A stretch of DNA of 60,178 nt from Candidatus Babeliales bacterium (GTDB taxonomy: Bacteria > Babelota > Babeliae > Babelales > UBA12411). A program made the translations under genes and the position numbers. The DNA is taken from positions 1 to 60,178 of the forward strand of contig JAGMEA010000011.1 of the NCBI GenBank assembly GCA_023128415.1, in the 5' to 3' direction. Under the pieces are notes generated by a model that saw only the letters and a program-made list of their open reading frames with translations, did not search any database and was not told where the DNA came from. Positions 51,697 to 60,178 of this stretch are shown here, one piece after another (the stretch's first letter is position 1; each line of letters begins with the position of its first letter).

Positions 51697-52449
51697 TAAA
51701 AAAATAAATAAAATAGAAAAAGCTATTAATGTAAAAATACAATGTGAAAAAGATAAAAACCTATCACCCTTCAAAATGGCTTGCCTACATCCATCGCTTA
51801 TACACATAAATGGATTATAAGTCGCAATGGCTCCTAAGGTTGGAGAAAATTTTGATATAGCATAGGTAGGAGCTAGTTCTCCACCTAAAACAACCGCCGG
51901 ATGAACATATCTTCTCCAAGGATTGTCTATTTTTTCAGATCCTTTAATAAAAAATACAAAAAACATATAAAATGCCGATATACATAAAGCTCCTAAATAA
52001 AGGATAGCAGAAAAGGCAATCCAATTAATGCTAGGTAAAAGTTTGGCATAACCTAAATAGGTTAGGGTAATCGGAAAAAAGAAACTTGCAAAAATAAAGG
52101 AGTAGATAGAGTAGAAAAAAATTTTTTCTATAATTAATAACCATGGCCGTACAAGCGTAGCCTGGTAACATATGAACTTGTTACCTTCTAAATCAAATAA
52201 CACATCCAAAGAAAAAAGAAATGCCACTGGAATAAGTTGCCATAAAACACAACCAATAAACATATCTAATTGGCCTTTTTCAATGCCAGCCAATCCTCCT
52301 GCAAGTGGAAGTGCATATCCAAACGTAAAGGCAAAAAGCAAAGGAGTTATCAAAATACTATTAATAATATGGTCTTTAATATCATTCTTGATTACTACAA
52401 GATCACGCTTAAAAAGTTGTAACATTATTAAAAAAGTGTTCTTTACCAT
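51658..52449 (-). CDS. ABC-2 type exporter permease
   Basis: About 6 TMs, NPF..ISDGCR motif; operon with ATPase. Confidence 0.82.
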   Translation of the reverse strand: MVKNTFLIMLQLFKRDLVVIKNDIKDHIINSILITPLLFAFTFGYALPLAGGLAGIEKGQLDMFIGCVLWQLIPVAFLFSLDVLFDLEGNKFICYQATLVRPWLLIIEKIFFYSIYSFIFASFFFPITLTYLGYAKLLPSINWIAFSAILYLGALCISAFYMFFVFFIKGSEKIDNPWRRYVHPAVVLGGELAPTYAISKFSPTLGAIATYNPFMCISDGCRQAILKGDRFLSFSHCIFTLIAFSILFIFLSIVYFKKRIDHV

Positions 52450-53244
52450 CTAGCTTCCAATTAAATTCAAACGTTTAACAAAGACTTTTCGAAAAACAAA
52501 TATCATGAAAACAACAGATGTAAAAAGCACTAATATACAAATGTATGTAGATAAAAATAGTTCATCTCCCCAAAGAGCACTTCTTAATCCCTCTACACAA
52601 TAAGTAAAAGGATTAAATAAAAGAAATATAGAAAGTTTAGATGAAATTTTTAGCGTACCTTTCCAGGTATACCATAAGGGGGACAAAAACATTAAAGGCA
52701 TTAAAACTCTAGGCCAAAAGTTTTTAAAATAGTGTTTTGTATCAGGTCCAAAAATAGAGATAAGTAAAAACAATGCAAAAAATAAAATCAACGCAACACA
52801 CATCAGTATAAGCGGAATAATGCGCATTTGAGATAAATCTAAAAAAGAACCTAAAATTATTTTTGCTATTACGAGTGAAGGTAAGAAAATTATTCCTATT
52901 GCTATAAAGTAACTAATAATATAACTCCCAACAAACCAATTAATTGGCAAGGGCAAACTCTTTTTATAATCGATAAATCTATTGCCTGATAGATCAGAAA
53001 CATCAGTTATACCATAATTAAAGGCAATAATAGGTAACATGAAAATTATGCTCCCCAAAAAAATTGATGGTATTAACGCTCTGTCAAAACCCATGACATA
53101 TGGAACGAAGTAATAAAAAAGTAACGCTTCAAGACCAACAAAAATAAAATTATTTATTAACGAATCTTTCAGTCTGCGACGAATGATTTTAAAATCACGT
53201 CGAATTAAGGCATTAAAAATTTTTAAGTTATTACTAAACATCAC
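52450..53244 (-). CDS. ABC-2 type exporter permease
   Basis: About 6 TMs, NPFTYCVEGLR. Confidence 0.85.
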   Translation of the reverse strand: MMFSNNLKIFNALIRRDFKIIRRRLKDSLINNFIFVGLEALLFYYFVPYVMGFDRALIPSIFLGSIIFMLPIIAFNYGITDVSDLSGNRFIDYKKSLPLPINWFVGSYIISYFIAIGIIFLPSLVIAKIILGSFLDLSQMRIIPLILMCVALILFFALFLLISIFGPDTKHYFKNFWPRVLMPLMFLSPLWYTWKGTLKISSKLSIFLLFNPFTYCVEGLRSALWGDELFLSTYICILVLFTSVVFMIFVFRKVFVKRLNLIGS

Positions 53245-53977
53245 TTTCTTCTTTAGTAAGCTCTAAGAAAATTTCTTCAAAAGTCGATTTTTCACGATTC
53301 TTTTTTAAATCTTCAGATGTTCCTATAAAAATTATTTTTCCTTGATTCAAAATACAAACACGGTCAGAAAGTGCTTCTGCTTCATCTAGATAATGTGTTG
53401 TTAAAATGACAGTAACCCCATGGCTTTTCAAAGTTCTAATTACATTCCAAAGTTGTCTTCTAATGTCTGGATCTAATCCAACGGTAGGCTCATCCAAAAT
53501 AACTACTTTTGGTTTATGCATTAAAGATCTAGCAATAAGCACACGTTGTTTATTACCACCAGACAAAGAATCAACTTCAAAATCTTTATATTTTTCTAAA
53601 TTAAATTGCTTCAAAAGATTATTCGTTCTTTCTCTGATTTCATTTTCAGGAATCAAAAAATATCTACCTGAAAAGAGCAAATTATCTTCTACATTGAGCT
53701 TTAAATCTAAATTAGGAATTTGGGGACAAAATCCAAGATTTTTGCGATATTCGGAAATAATTTTATAAATAGACCTATTTTTAAACAACACATCGCCAGA
53801 TGTTGGTGGATGTAAAGTTGCCAAAATGGAAGACAGCGTTGTTTTTCCAGCACCATTAACTCCAAGAAGAGTAATGATTTCACCCTCAAAAATTTTAAGA
53901 TCAACCCCGCCAAGGGCATGAACTAGCTTCTTATTACTTTTATAAATTTTAGTTAGTTTGTTAACTTCAAGAATTAT
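53234..53977 (-). CDS. ABC-2 exporter ATP-binding protein (true start uncertain, upstream of the called ORF)
   Basis: In-frame upstream IILEVNKLTKIY...LLGVNGAGKTT (Walker A); LSGGNKQR, LDEPTVGLD, TTHYLDEA. Confidence 0.88.
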   Translation of the reverse strand: MILEVNKLTKIYKSNKKLVHALGGVDLKIFEGEIITLLGVNGAGKTTLSSILATLHPPTSGDVLFKNRSIYKIISEYRKNLGFCPQIPNLDLKLNVEDNLLFSGRYFLIPENEIRERTNNLLKQFNLEKYKDFEVDSLSGGNKQRVLIARSLMHKPKVVILDEPTVGLDPDIRRQLWNVIRTLKSHGVTVILTTHYLDEAEALSDRVCILNQGKIIFIGTSEDLKKNREKSTFEEIFLELTKEESDV

Positions 53978-54162
53978 ATTTGTTTTATTTCCTCGTTTTA
54001 TGTTTCATTAAATTCAAAATGAATGAAACATCAGCCTTTAACAGTAGCATCTTTACAAATGAAAATCAAGACAGAAATAATAAATACAAGCTATGGCAGC
54101 ACAACTAAAGAAAAGCATTGTTTCTCTTGCCCACTAGATCAACAAAATCAGATAACAAAATT

Positions 54163-54561
54163 TTATTTGTCTTTCTTTTCCGGATATTTGTTAGGAAAGC
54201 ACATACAATACTGCGCCATTTCACAATCGCCAGGAAGATCTACATAATCAATATAATGTGCTTTAGAAAAAGCACCTTTAACTTGATTTTTCTCTTTCAT
54301 TCTCAAAATAACATTTTCCTGAGAAATTCCACTTACTTTCATAATTTCTAACAAAACTTCCTGTACATCAGCAATTTCTTCTAAAAGATTTTCTTGATCT
54401 TCTGCTTCAGCAATTTCTAATGCTTCCTCTTGAATTTTATTTTTCAAGGCTTGGAATAACTCATCTTTTGATAAAACTCTATATGAAGGCTTACCCCCCA
54501 TATCAAGGCAAGTTTCAACAATGTTGTCTCTAACGAGCTTATTTAATAAAAATCTTTTCAC
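54163..54561 (-). CDS. MazG-like (all-alpha) nucleotide pyrophosphohydrolase
   Basis: NKLVRDNI, KIQEEALE, EEIADVQEV, KGAF. Confidence 0.8.
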   Translation of the reverse strand: MKRFLLNKLVRDNIVETCLDMGGKPSYRVLSKDELFQALKNKIQEEALEIAEAEDQENLLEEIADVQEVLLEIMKVSGISQENVILRMKEKNQVKGAFSKAHYIDYVDLPGDCEMAQYCMCFPNKYPEKKDK

Positions 54562-55538
54562 TATAAACCCTTAAAAATTCGTGTCCAACGAACACATTTT
54601 GTCCAAAAGCTAAATGGTCTTTTAAACCATTCAAAAAACCATACGGGTTCCTCACTATCAACAGAATAAAGAATGAAGCTAGCCTTACCTTGAACCAGAC
54701 TTTCATCTAAAAAGCCCCAAAATCGGCTGTCTTCACTGTTTTTTCTGCTATCCCCCATAACCCAATACTTACCTTCAGGTATAACAAATGGTCCAAAGTT
54801 ATCAACTACCCTACCATAAGGAAGCCTTGTTGGACTCTTTGCTAGCAATAATAATGGCTCTAAAGTATAAGGATTGATGACCGCCTCATCTTTGCTCATG
54901 TTATAATAAGGCTGATGTTCAAAATCAACTTTAGGATCATAAGTATAAGTTACTTGTCTTACTCTACCTCTTAAAAATTCCGGAATTCTAATTGGACCAA
55001 AAGAATCAAAATTTAAAAACCCAACTTTTTTATTTAATGCTATCAAAGGCAATATATTGAGATAAGGCTCTTCTAGTTGCTTACCATTTAAGTAAATAAC
55101 AGTTTCATCATTTTCAACACGTCCTTCAACAGTATCCCCCGGAATTCCTACTACTCTCTTAACAACATTAACTGGTCCTTCCTCTAGCCCAAGGATAGGA
55201 ATAGAAATTATTCCAATATATTTTTGCCACAAATAGTTAAGTTTGTTATTGATATCATATTGAAATTTAGGATCATCAAACATTACAAGTTCACCACGTT
55301 TTGGCCTACGTAAAAACTGATAAACTATTTTATTTCCAACAACCCTATCACCCACCAAAAGATTTGGCTCTGCCGAACCCGTAGGAACATGGTATAAACC
55401 GCCTATATAAGTTTTTATAAAGAAGAAAGCAAATCCAACTACAATAAGAGCTTCCAACCATTCTTGCAAAATTGATTTATTAGGCTTAGTAAAGTAAGCA
55501 TAAATGTTGTTATAAAGTTTCTTAACCTTTGTCACCAT
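54561..55538 (-). CDS. lepB: Signal peptidase I, paralog 2
   Basis: VPTGSAEPNL, VVKRVVG, MGDSRKNSEDSRFWG. Confidence 0.9.
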   Translation of the reverse strand: MVTKVKKLYNNIYAYFTKPNKSILQEWLEALIVVGFAFFFIKTYIGGLYHVPTGSAEPNLLVGDRVVGNKIVYQFLRRPKRGELVMFDDPKFQYDINNKLNYLWQKYIGIISIPILGLEEGPVNVVKRVVGIPGDTVEGRVENDETVIYLNGKQLEEPYLNILPLIALNKKVGFLNFDSFGPIRIPEFLRGRVRQVTYTYDPKVDFEHQPYYNMSKDEAVINPYTLEPLLLLAKSPTRLPYGRVVDNFGPFVIPEGKYWVMGDSRKNSEDSRFWGFLDESLVQGKASFILYSVDSEEPVWFFEWFKRPFSFWTKCVRWTRIFKGL

Positions 55539-55649
55539 AGTCCTTTAAAAATTTAAAACCATCCTAAATATATAATTTTCTCAGATATTTTTGATTATAA
55601 TTCTACACCATTTAGTAATATAAGCATATTTTAGCGTAGTCTCAAGATT

Positions 55650-55673
55650 AAAAAAGGGCGGTTATACCGCCCT
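55650..55673 (-). terminator. Intrinsic terminator after the rpsT-VOC genes
   Basis: AGGGCGGT-ATA-ACCGCCCT followed by a T run. Confidence 0.85.
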
Positions 55674-55696
55674 GAAATTATTTAAAATAAAAATCT

Positions 55697-56254
55697 TTAT
55701 TTACTTTTTTTCAGCCAGGCCTTTGCATATTTTTTAGCAGATCGTCTTGAAAGTCCAAAATTTCTTAAATGCTGAACCATCTCCTCTACTACTCCAGACT
55801 TACCTGAATCAGCAGTCATTCCACAAAATTTATTAGGTTCTGACGGTACAAAGCCTTCAATCGATTGAGCAAATGTCAACTTAAAACCATAAGGATCTTT
55901 AACAACAAAATTCTTTTCTCCCCATGGTTGCTCTTTGAGCTCTTGCAACACTTGAACACCTTTTTTTCGACAACGTTCAAAATATTTTTCCAAGCCCTTT
56001 TTCATGTCGGCATACATTCCTGCACCCCGACTCATACAATATTTGACCTGACTAAATTCTACAAGCTCATCAACTACTGGAATACGAAAAATAATATAGC
56101 ATTTTCCTTTGCGAAGTTCTGCAAAAGATAGAGAACGATTGCCTTCAGTTGTTCTAAGATTAACTATATCAAAAGCAAGCTTATCAGAATAAAACTTTAC
56201 TGCATCTTCAACAGAATCTACTACTAAAACTGTTTTACCAGACTTCATCATCAC
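55697..56254 (-). CDS. VOC (glyoxalase/bleomycin resistance) family protein with C-terminal extension
   Basis: LVVDSVEDAVKFYSDKLAF, QPWGEKNFVVKDPYG. Confidence 0.85.
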   Translation of the reverse strand: MMMKSGKTVLVVDSVEDAVKFYSDKLAFDIVNLRTTEGNRSLSFAELRKGKCYIIFRIPVVDELVEFSQVKYCMSRGAGMYADMKKGLEKYFERCRKKGVQVLQELKEQPWGEKNFVVKDPYGFKLTFAQSIEGFVPSEPNKFCGMTADSGKSGVVEEMVQHLRNFGLSRRSAKKYAKAWLKKSK

Positions 56255-56299
56255 TCTCTCTCCTCTTTAAAATTTACGCTTGGCTATTTTTGCCAAGGT

Positions 56300-56575
56300 C
56301 TAGCTACTAGCTTTAGCCGCTTGAGCAACTTTTTGAGCTAGCCGACTAATTTTACGAGAAGCCGTATTCTTCTTTAATAAACCCTTACCTCGAGCTCTTG
56401 CAATTTTAGACTCAGCAACTCGAAGTAACGACTTTGCAGCTTCCAAATCTTTTTCAGTTAAAGCAGTTTCAACTTTTTTACAGTAAGTTTTAACATCAGA
56501 ACGCCTTGTCAAATTCTTCAAGTGACGTACCTTAATTTGCTTTACACCTTTTTTGCTAGATTTTATATTTGCCAT
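56300..56575 (-). CDS. rpsT: 30S ribosomal protein S20
   Basis: MANIKSSKK, KGLLKKNTASRKISRL. Confidence 0.97.
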   Translation of the reverse strand: MANIKSSKKGVKQIKVRHLKNLTRRSDVKTYCKKVETALTEKDLEAAKSLLRVAESKIARARGKGLLKKNTASRKISRLAQKVAQAAKASS

Positions 56576-56614
56576 TTTTTCAAATCCCTAGAGTATCAAA
56601 CTAATACTTCGTTT

Positions 56615-56951
56615 GTGAACTACCGACTACTAAGCCTTTAGTGGCGGCTTCCTGCTTCGCCCCATGATAGCTAAACTGTTAGCAAACGCAACAATCCCCA
56701 CCAAAGAGCATGATCCACAGTCAATGACTGCCACAGGCTTGGATTCGGACAGTCCCTGCCCTATTTACAATTATCAAACTTCCTAATAGCAAAAGTTGCA
56801 TCTTGGTTTTCGCATACTAACTTTGCTTCTCATAATATCTTATCTGAATAATCATTCTAGATAAAGCTTATTTTTCAAATCTATGGTCTGACCGCTATCC
56901 ATCTCCATCTAAATCAGATAGATTATAGGTTGAGAATTCCGCGGCGGCTTG
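56615..56951 (-). mobile_element. ORF-less IS200/IS605 mini-element (PATE-like) with omegaRNA-like right end
   Basis: 56881-56951 matches 961-1031 at 61/71 nt; follows TTTAA; 3' part GCAGGGACTGTCCGAATCCAAGCCTGTGG...GAAGCAGGAAGCCGCCACT...GGTAGTTCAC is typical of tnpB 3' ends and right ends. Confidence 0.85.
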
Positions 56952-57149
56952 TTAAATAACTTTCTCTATTTTCCCTGATTTCATACATTTAGTACAAACA
57001 GCACCTCTTTTTATACTTCTCTGTCCTTTAAACCTAAAGTTAATTTTGTGGACATTAGGATAAAAAATTCTCTTAGTCTTGTTATTAGCATGACTCACAT
57101 TTTGACCAAACCCGGGCCTTTTGTCACATACTAGACAAATATTCGCCAT
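56952..57149 (-). CDS. rpmB: 50S ribosomal protein L28 (start revised to 57149)
   Basis: [33 protein letters not shown]...[10 protein letters not shown]. Confidence 0.96.
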   Translation of the reverse strand: MANICLVCDKRPGFGQNVSHANNKTKRIFYPNVHKINFRFKGQRSIKRGAVCTKCMKSGKIEKVI

Positions 57150-57237
57150 AAACCTTGCCTTTCCATAAAAATTTCTATCAAGAGATAATTTTAGCAAATT
57201 TAAAAACTTTTTCAAAAAGCATACACTTCGATATGCC

Positions 57238-58017
57238 TTAGGAAAGAAGCCTTTGAAAATCTTTGTGTAACCATCCATTTGAAGCCAAACAGGTACTAAA
57301 CCCTGAACCGATGGCCTCTTTATCAAATTCGCTTACAATTCCCCCTGCCTCTCTAACTAAAACAATTCCAGCTGCAATATCCCACCAACTAACAAACTTT
57401 AAAACTGCCCCATCTAGCCGCCCAGAAGCAACAGCAGCCATATCTAGCGCAGCGCAACCAAGCTTTCTAAAGGAATAAACATTGTGCTCTAAAGTATCCG
57501 TTAATGAGAAAAAGTCATCGCAATCAACCTTTCTGTACGGCACGGCAATACTAGAAAGCGCCCTACTTAAGTCCTTTTCCTGGCTAATTTTAATCGGTTT
57601 ATCATTTAAAAATGCCCCAAGTCCTTTTCCAGACCAAAATAATTCTTCTGCAATAGGATTATAAATAACTCCAATAATAGGTTCATTTTTATAAACCAAA
57701 GCCACACTAACTGCAAAATAAGGAAACCCATGAGCAAAGTTCGTTGTACCATCCAAGGGATCAATAACCCAAGTATATTCCGCAGAATCTTTTCCGGTTT
57801 GACCTGATTCCTCGGCTAAGAAACTTGCTTCTGGAACAATTTTACTCAGGTTTTCCTTTAAATATTTCTCGCTCTTATAATCAGCTTCAGTAGCAAAACT
57901 ACCATCTTCTTTATCAGTATAAGTATGCTCACAGTCAATACAATCAAGTAATAACTTACCCGCAGTTTTCACAATATCAGAAACAAGTAAAATCGTATTT
58001 CTGGAGATTTTTTTCAT
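57238..58017 (-). CDS. suhB: Inositol monophosphatase family protein
   Basis: [26 protein letters not shown]. Confidence 0.93.
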   Translation of the reverse strand: MKKISRNTILLVSDIVKTAGKLLLDCIDCEHTYTDKEDGSFATEADYKSEKYLKENLSKIVPEASFLAEESGQTGKDSAEYTWVIDPLDGTTNFAHGFPYFAVSVALVYKNEPIIGVIYNPIAEELFWSGKGLGAFLNDKPIKISQEKDLSRALSSIAVPYRKVDCDDFFSLTDTLEHNVYSFRKLGCAALDMAAVASGRLDGAVLKFVSWWDIAAGIVLVREAGGIVSEFDKEAIGSGFSTCLASNGWLHKDFQRLLS

Positions 58018-59954
58018 TACTCCTCTAACCCATCAACATTAGAGTCAATGTCATGTTCCTTGTCCTGATCCTCTTCAGATTCTTCTTCATCACCTTGAAA
58101 GCTATACGACTTGCTTGGGTTCTCTAAACCCAAAAGCTCATACACTTCTACTGCATCTAAAGTTTCACGCTCCACTAAAGCTTGAGCCAAAGAATCTAAC
58201 TTATCTTTATTGTCCAAAAGAAGCTGTTTGGTTTCGTCATAACACTTATCGATAATTTTTCTTACTTGTTCATCCACCTTTCTCTCGGTATCAGAAGAAT
58301 ATTCCTTCATCCCTTCTCTTGAAGATAAAGAAATCGGACCCAATTCTGACATTCCATAGTGAACCACCATATCATAAGCAAGTTTAGTAGATCTCTTAAG
58401 ATCACTTACAGCACCTGTTGTTCTGCGAGCTTTTCCATAAATAATTTCTTCTGCCAGTCTTCCACCTAAACAAACCTTGATTTCAGATAAAATTTCATCC
58501 TCACTCTTGGAAATTTCATCTCCATCTGGAAGATACCAAGTCATTCCTAGAGCCCCACCACGAGACAATATAGTAACCTTGTGAAATGGTGGCGTATTAG
58601 GAGCCAATAAGACAACCAAGGTATGACCGGATTCATGGTATGCTGTCATCTCAATAGCTTCTTTAGATCTAGACAGAGTCTTTCTTTCAGCTCCTACTAA
58701 AATTTTATCTCGAGCTATCTCAAAGTCATCCATAATGACAACTTCCCTATCTCTCTTTGAAGCTAGCAACGCTGCTTCATTAATGAGATTTGCTAAATCG
58801 GCACCACTAAAACGAGGTGTTCCCCTGGCTATTTTTTGAAGATCAACATCTTCTCCAACCTTTACGCCCTTTATATGTATATTCAATATCTTTTCACGGC
58901 TAGCTAAGTCTGGATAAGGAACTTCAACTTTACGGTCAAATCTACCTGGGCGCAATAAAGCCTTATCTAAAACATCTGGTCTATTAGTTGCGGCTAACAC
59001 AATAACTTCACCTGGTTCTGTTCCAAAGCCATCCATTTCTGCAAGCAACTGATTTAAAGTTTGCTCTCTTTCATCATTCCCCCCACCAAAGCCAGCTCCT
59101 CTGTGACGACCAACTGCATCTATTTCATCAATAAAAACGATACATGGAGTATGACGACGAGCTTGTAAAAATAAATCTCTAACCCTGGATGCCCCAACTC
59201 CAACAAAAACTTCAACGAAGTCAGAACCACTAATACTAAAGAATGGACAACTTGCTTCCCCAGCAACTGCCTTGGCTAACAATGTTTTTCCATTTCCAGG
59301 CGCACCTGTTAACAAGACCCCCCTAGGTATTTTAGCTCCAATGCGCTTAAACTTTTCAGGATTTTTCAAGAAATCTACAACATCCTGTAAATCTTCCTTA
59401 GCCTCTTCTACTCCAGCAACATCCTTAAATTTGATTTTAATGGTATTCGGAGAAAAGAAACGTGCCTTACTTTTACCAATATTAAAAATCTTGCTGCCTG
59501 ATGCTCCACCCTGACTTTGCTTAAAAAAGTAATAAAGAACCGCAAGTAAAAATGGAAACACCAAGAAAAATAAAGCATATGGAACCCATGGCTGTTTGTC
59601 TTGTTGCTCAACCTCCATGATTACACCATTATCATGCATCTTCTGCCATAAATTATCCGGAGAAACAACAGTAGTAGAAAAATAACCAACTTGCTTTAGT
59701 TGATTATCCCTAGTAGCCATAGGCACAGACTTTTTAAACTCTCCAAATACGCTCTGATCCGATATCTGAACAGCTTTTACGTTACCCGACTCTACCTGAG
59801 ATAAAAAAGTAGAAAAGGTAATCTGTTCTCTATCCTTGGCAATACTGTTATACCAAAACATATATGCTATAGATAAGCCCAACAAGGCCAATAGCAAGAT
59901 GAATGCATTAGGACCACGATTAAATTTAGCTTTTCTATTAGGCAATTTCCTCAT
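58017..59954 (-). CDS. ftsH: ATP-dependent zinc metalloprotease FtsH
   Basis: 2 TMs, GAPGNGKT, FIDEIDAVG, ALLRPGRFDR, HESGH. Confidence 0.98.
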   Translation of the reverse strand: MRKLPNRKAKFNRGPNAFILLLALLGLSIAYMFWYNSIAKDREQITFSTFLSQVESGNVKAVQISDQSVFGEFKKSVPMATRDNQLKQVGYFSTTVVSPDNLWQKMHDNGVIMEVEQQDKQPWVPYALFFLVFPFLLAVLYYFFKQSQGGASGSKIFNIGKSKARFFSPNTIKIKFKDVAGVEEAKEDLQDVVDFLKNPEKFKRIGAKIPRGVLLTGAPGNGKTLLAKAVAGEASCPFFSISGSDFVEVFVGVGASRVRDLFLQARRHTPCIVFIDEIDAVGRHRGAGFGGGNDEREQTLNQLLAEMDGFGTEPGEVIVLAATNRPDVLDKALLRPGRFDRKVEVPYPDLASREKILNIHIKGVKVGEDVDLQKIARGTPRFSGADLANLINEAALLASKRDREVVIMDDFEIARDKILVGAERKTLSRSKEAIEMTAYHESGHTLVVLLAPNTPPFHKVTILSRGGALGMTWYLPDGDEISKSEDEILSEIKVCLGGRLAEEIIYGKARRTTGAVSDLKRSTKLAYDMVVHYGMSELGPISLSSREGMKEYSSDTERKVDEQVRKIIDKCYDETKQLLLDNKDKLDSLAQALVERETLDAVEVYELLGLENPSKSYSFQGDEEESEEDQDKEHDIDSNVDGLEE

Positions 59955-60178
59955 ACCTAATCCTCAAAAAATATTATTACAAATCTTTTAGATTTTCCCC
60001 AACTGTCACTTATTTTACTACAAAATGTCTTTAAGTGCGAGAGATCACTATGTTAACGCAAAAAAATTGATCTTAATAGTGAAAATAAGAACATTTCTGG
60101 AAACTATTATAATATATTATTGTTTACTATGTGTACATAGAAAACGTTCAAACAGTACTGACATACACCCAAGGCTAA

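Noticed and set aside
59960-60178. Possible start of another element at the right edge (palindrome TATGTGTACATA)
   Set aside because: Too little sequence; no ORF or end motif can be supported

Overview
AT-rich bacterial chromosome segment, mostly on the minus strand, using standard genetic code 11. It is diderm (lpxC, lptD). Secreted ankyrin and WD40 proteins plus peptidases and uptake systems suggest a host-associated bacterium, plausibly Dependentiae/TM6 (inference, not verified). The core is a contiguous str-S10-spc-alpha ribosomal cluster (rpsL to rplQ, about 14969-33961) that lacks rpmD. It is flanked by housekeeping genes (pepA, sufS/sufU, metG, potABCD, two lepB paralogs, rseP, lpxC, rplM, pyrG, pepP, lptD, recR, yidC, truB, rpsT, rpmB, suhB, ftsH) and tRNA-Glu(CTC). 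The supplied ORF track misses or only partly covers four IS200/IS605 (OMEGA-type) loci. These are (1) an IS605-like element at the left edge with an uninterrupted tnpB and a decayed tnpA, (2) a 337-bp ORF-less mini-element with the same left end and an omegaRNA-like right end, (3) a 414-bp tnpA/tnpB deletion derivative of a second family, and (4) an IscB C-terminal remnant next to the tRNA. The most notable protein is a predicted secreted ankyrin + SOCS/BC-box + CaaX effector candidate. Other oddities are a T12 tract that frameshifts the LptD signal peptide, a split MetRS whose tRNA-binding domain has an internal TAA, a probable ATT start codon, and a structured rpsL leader.
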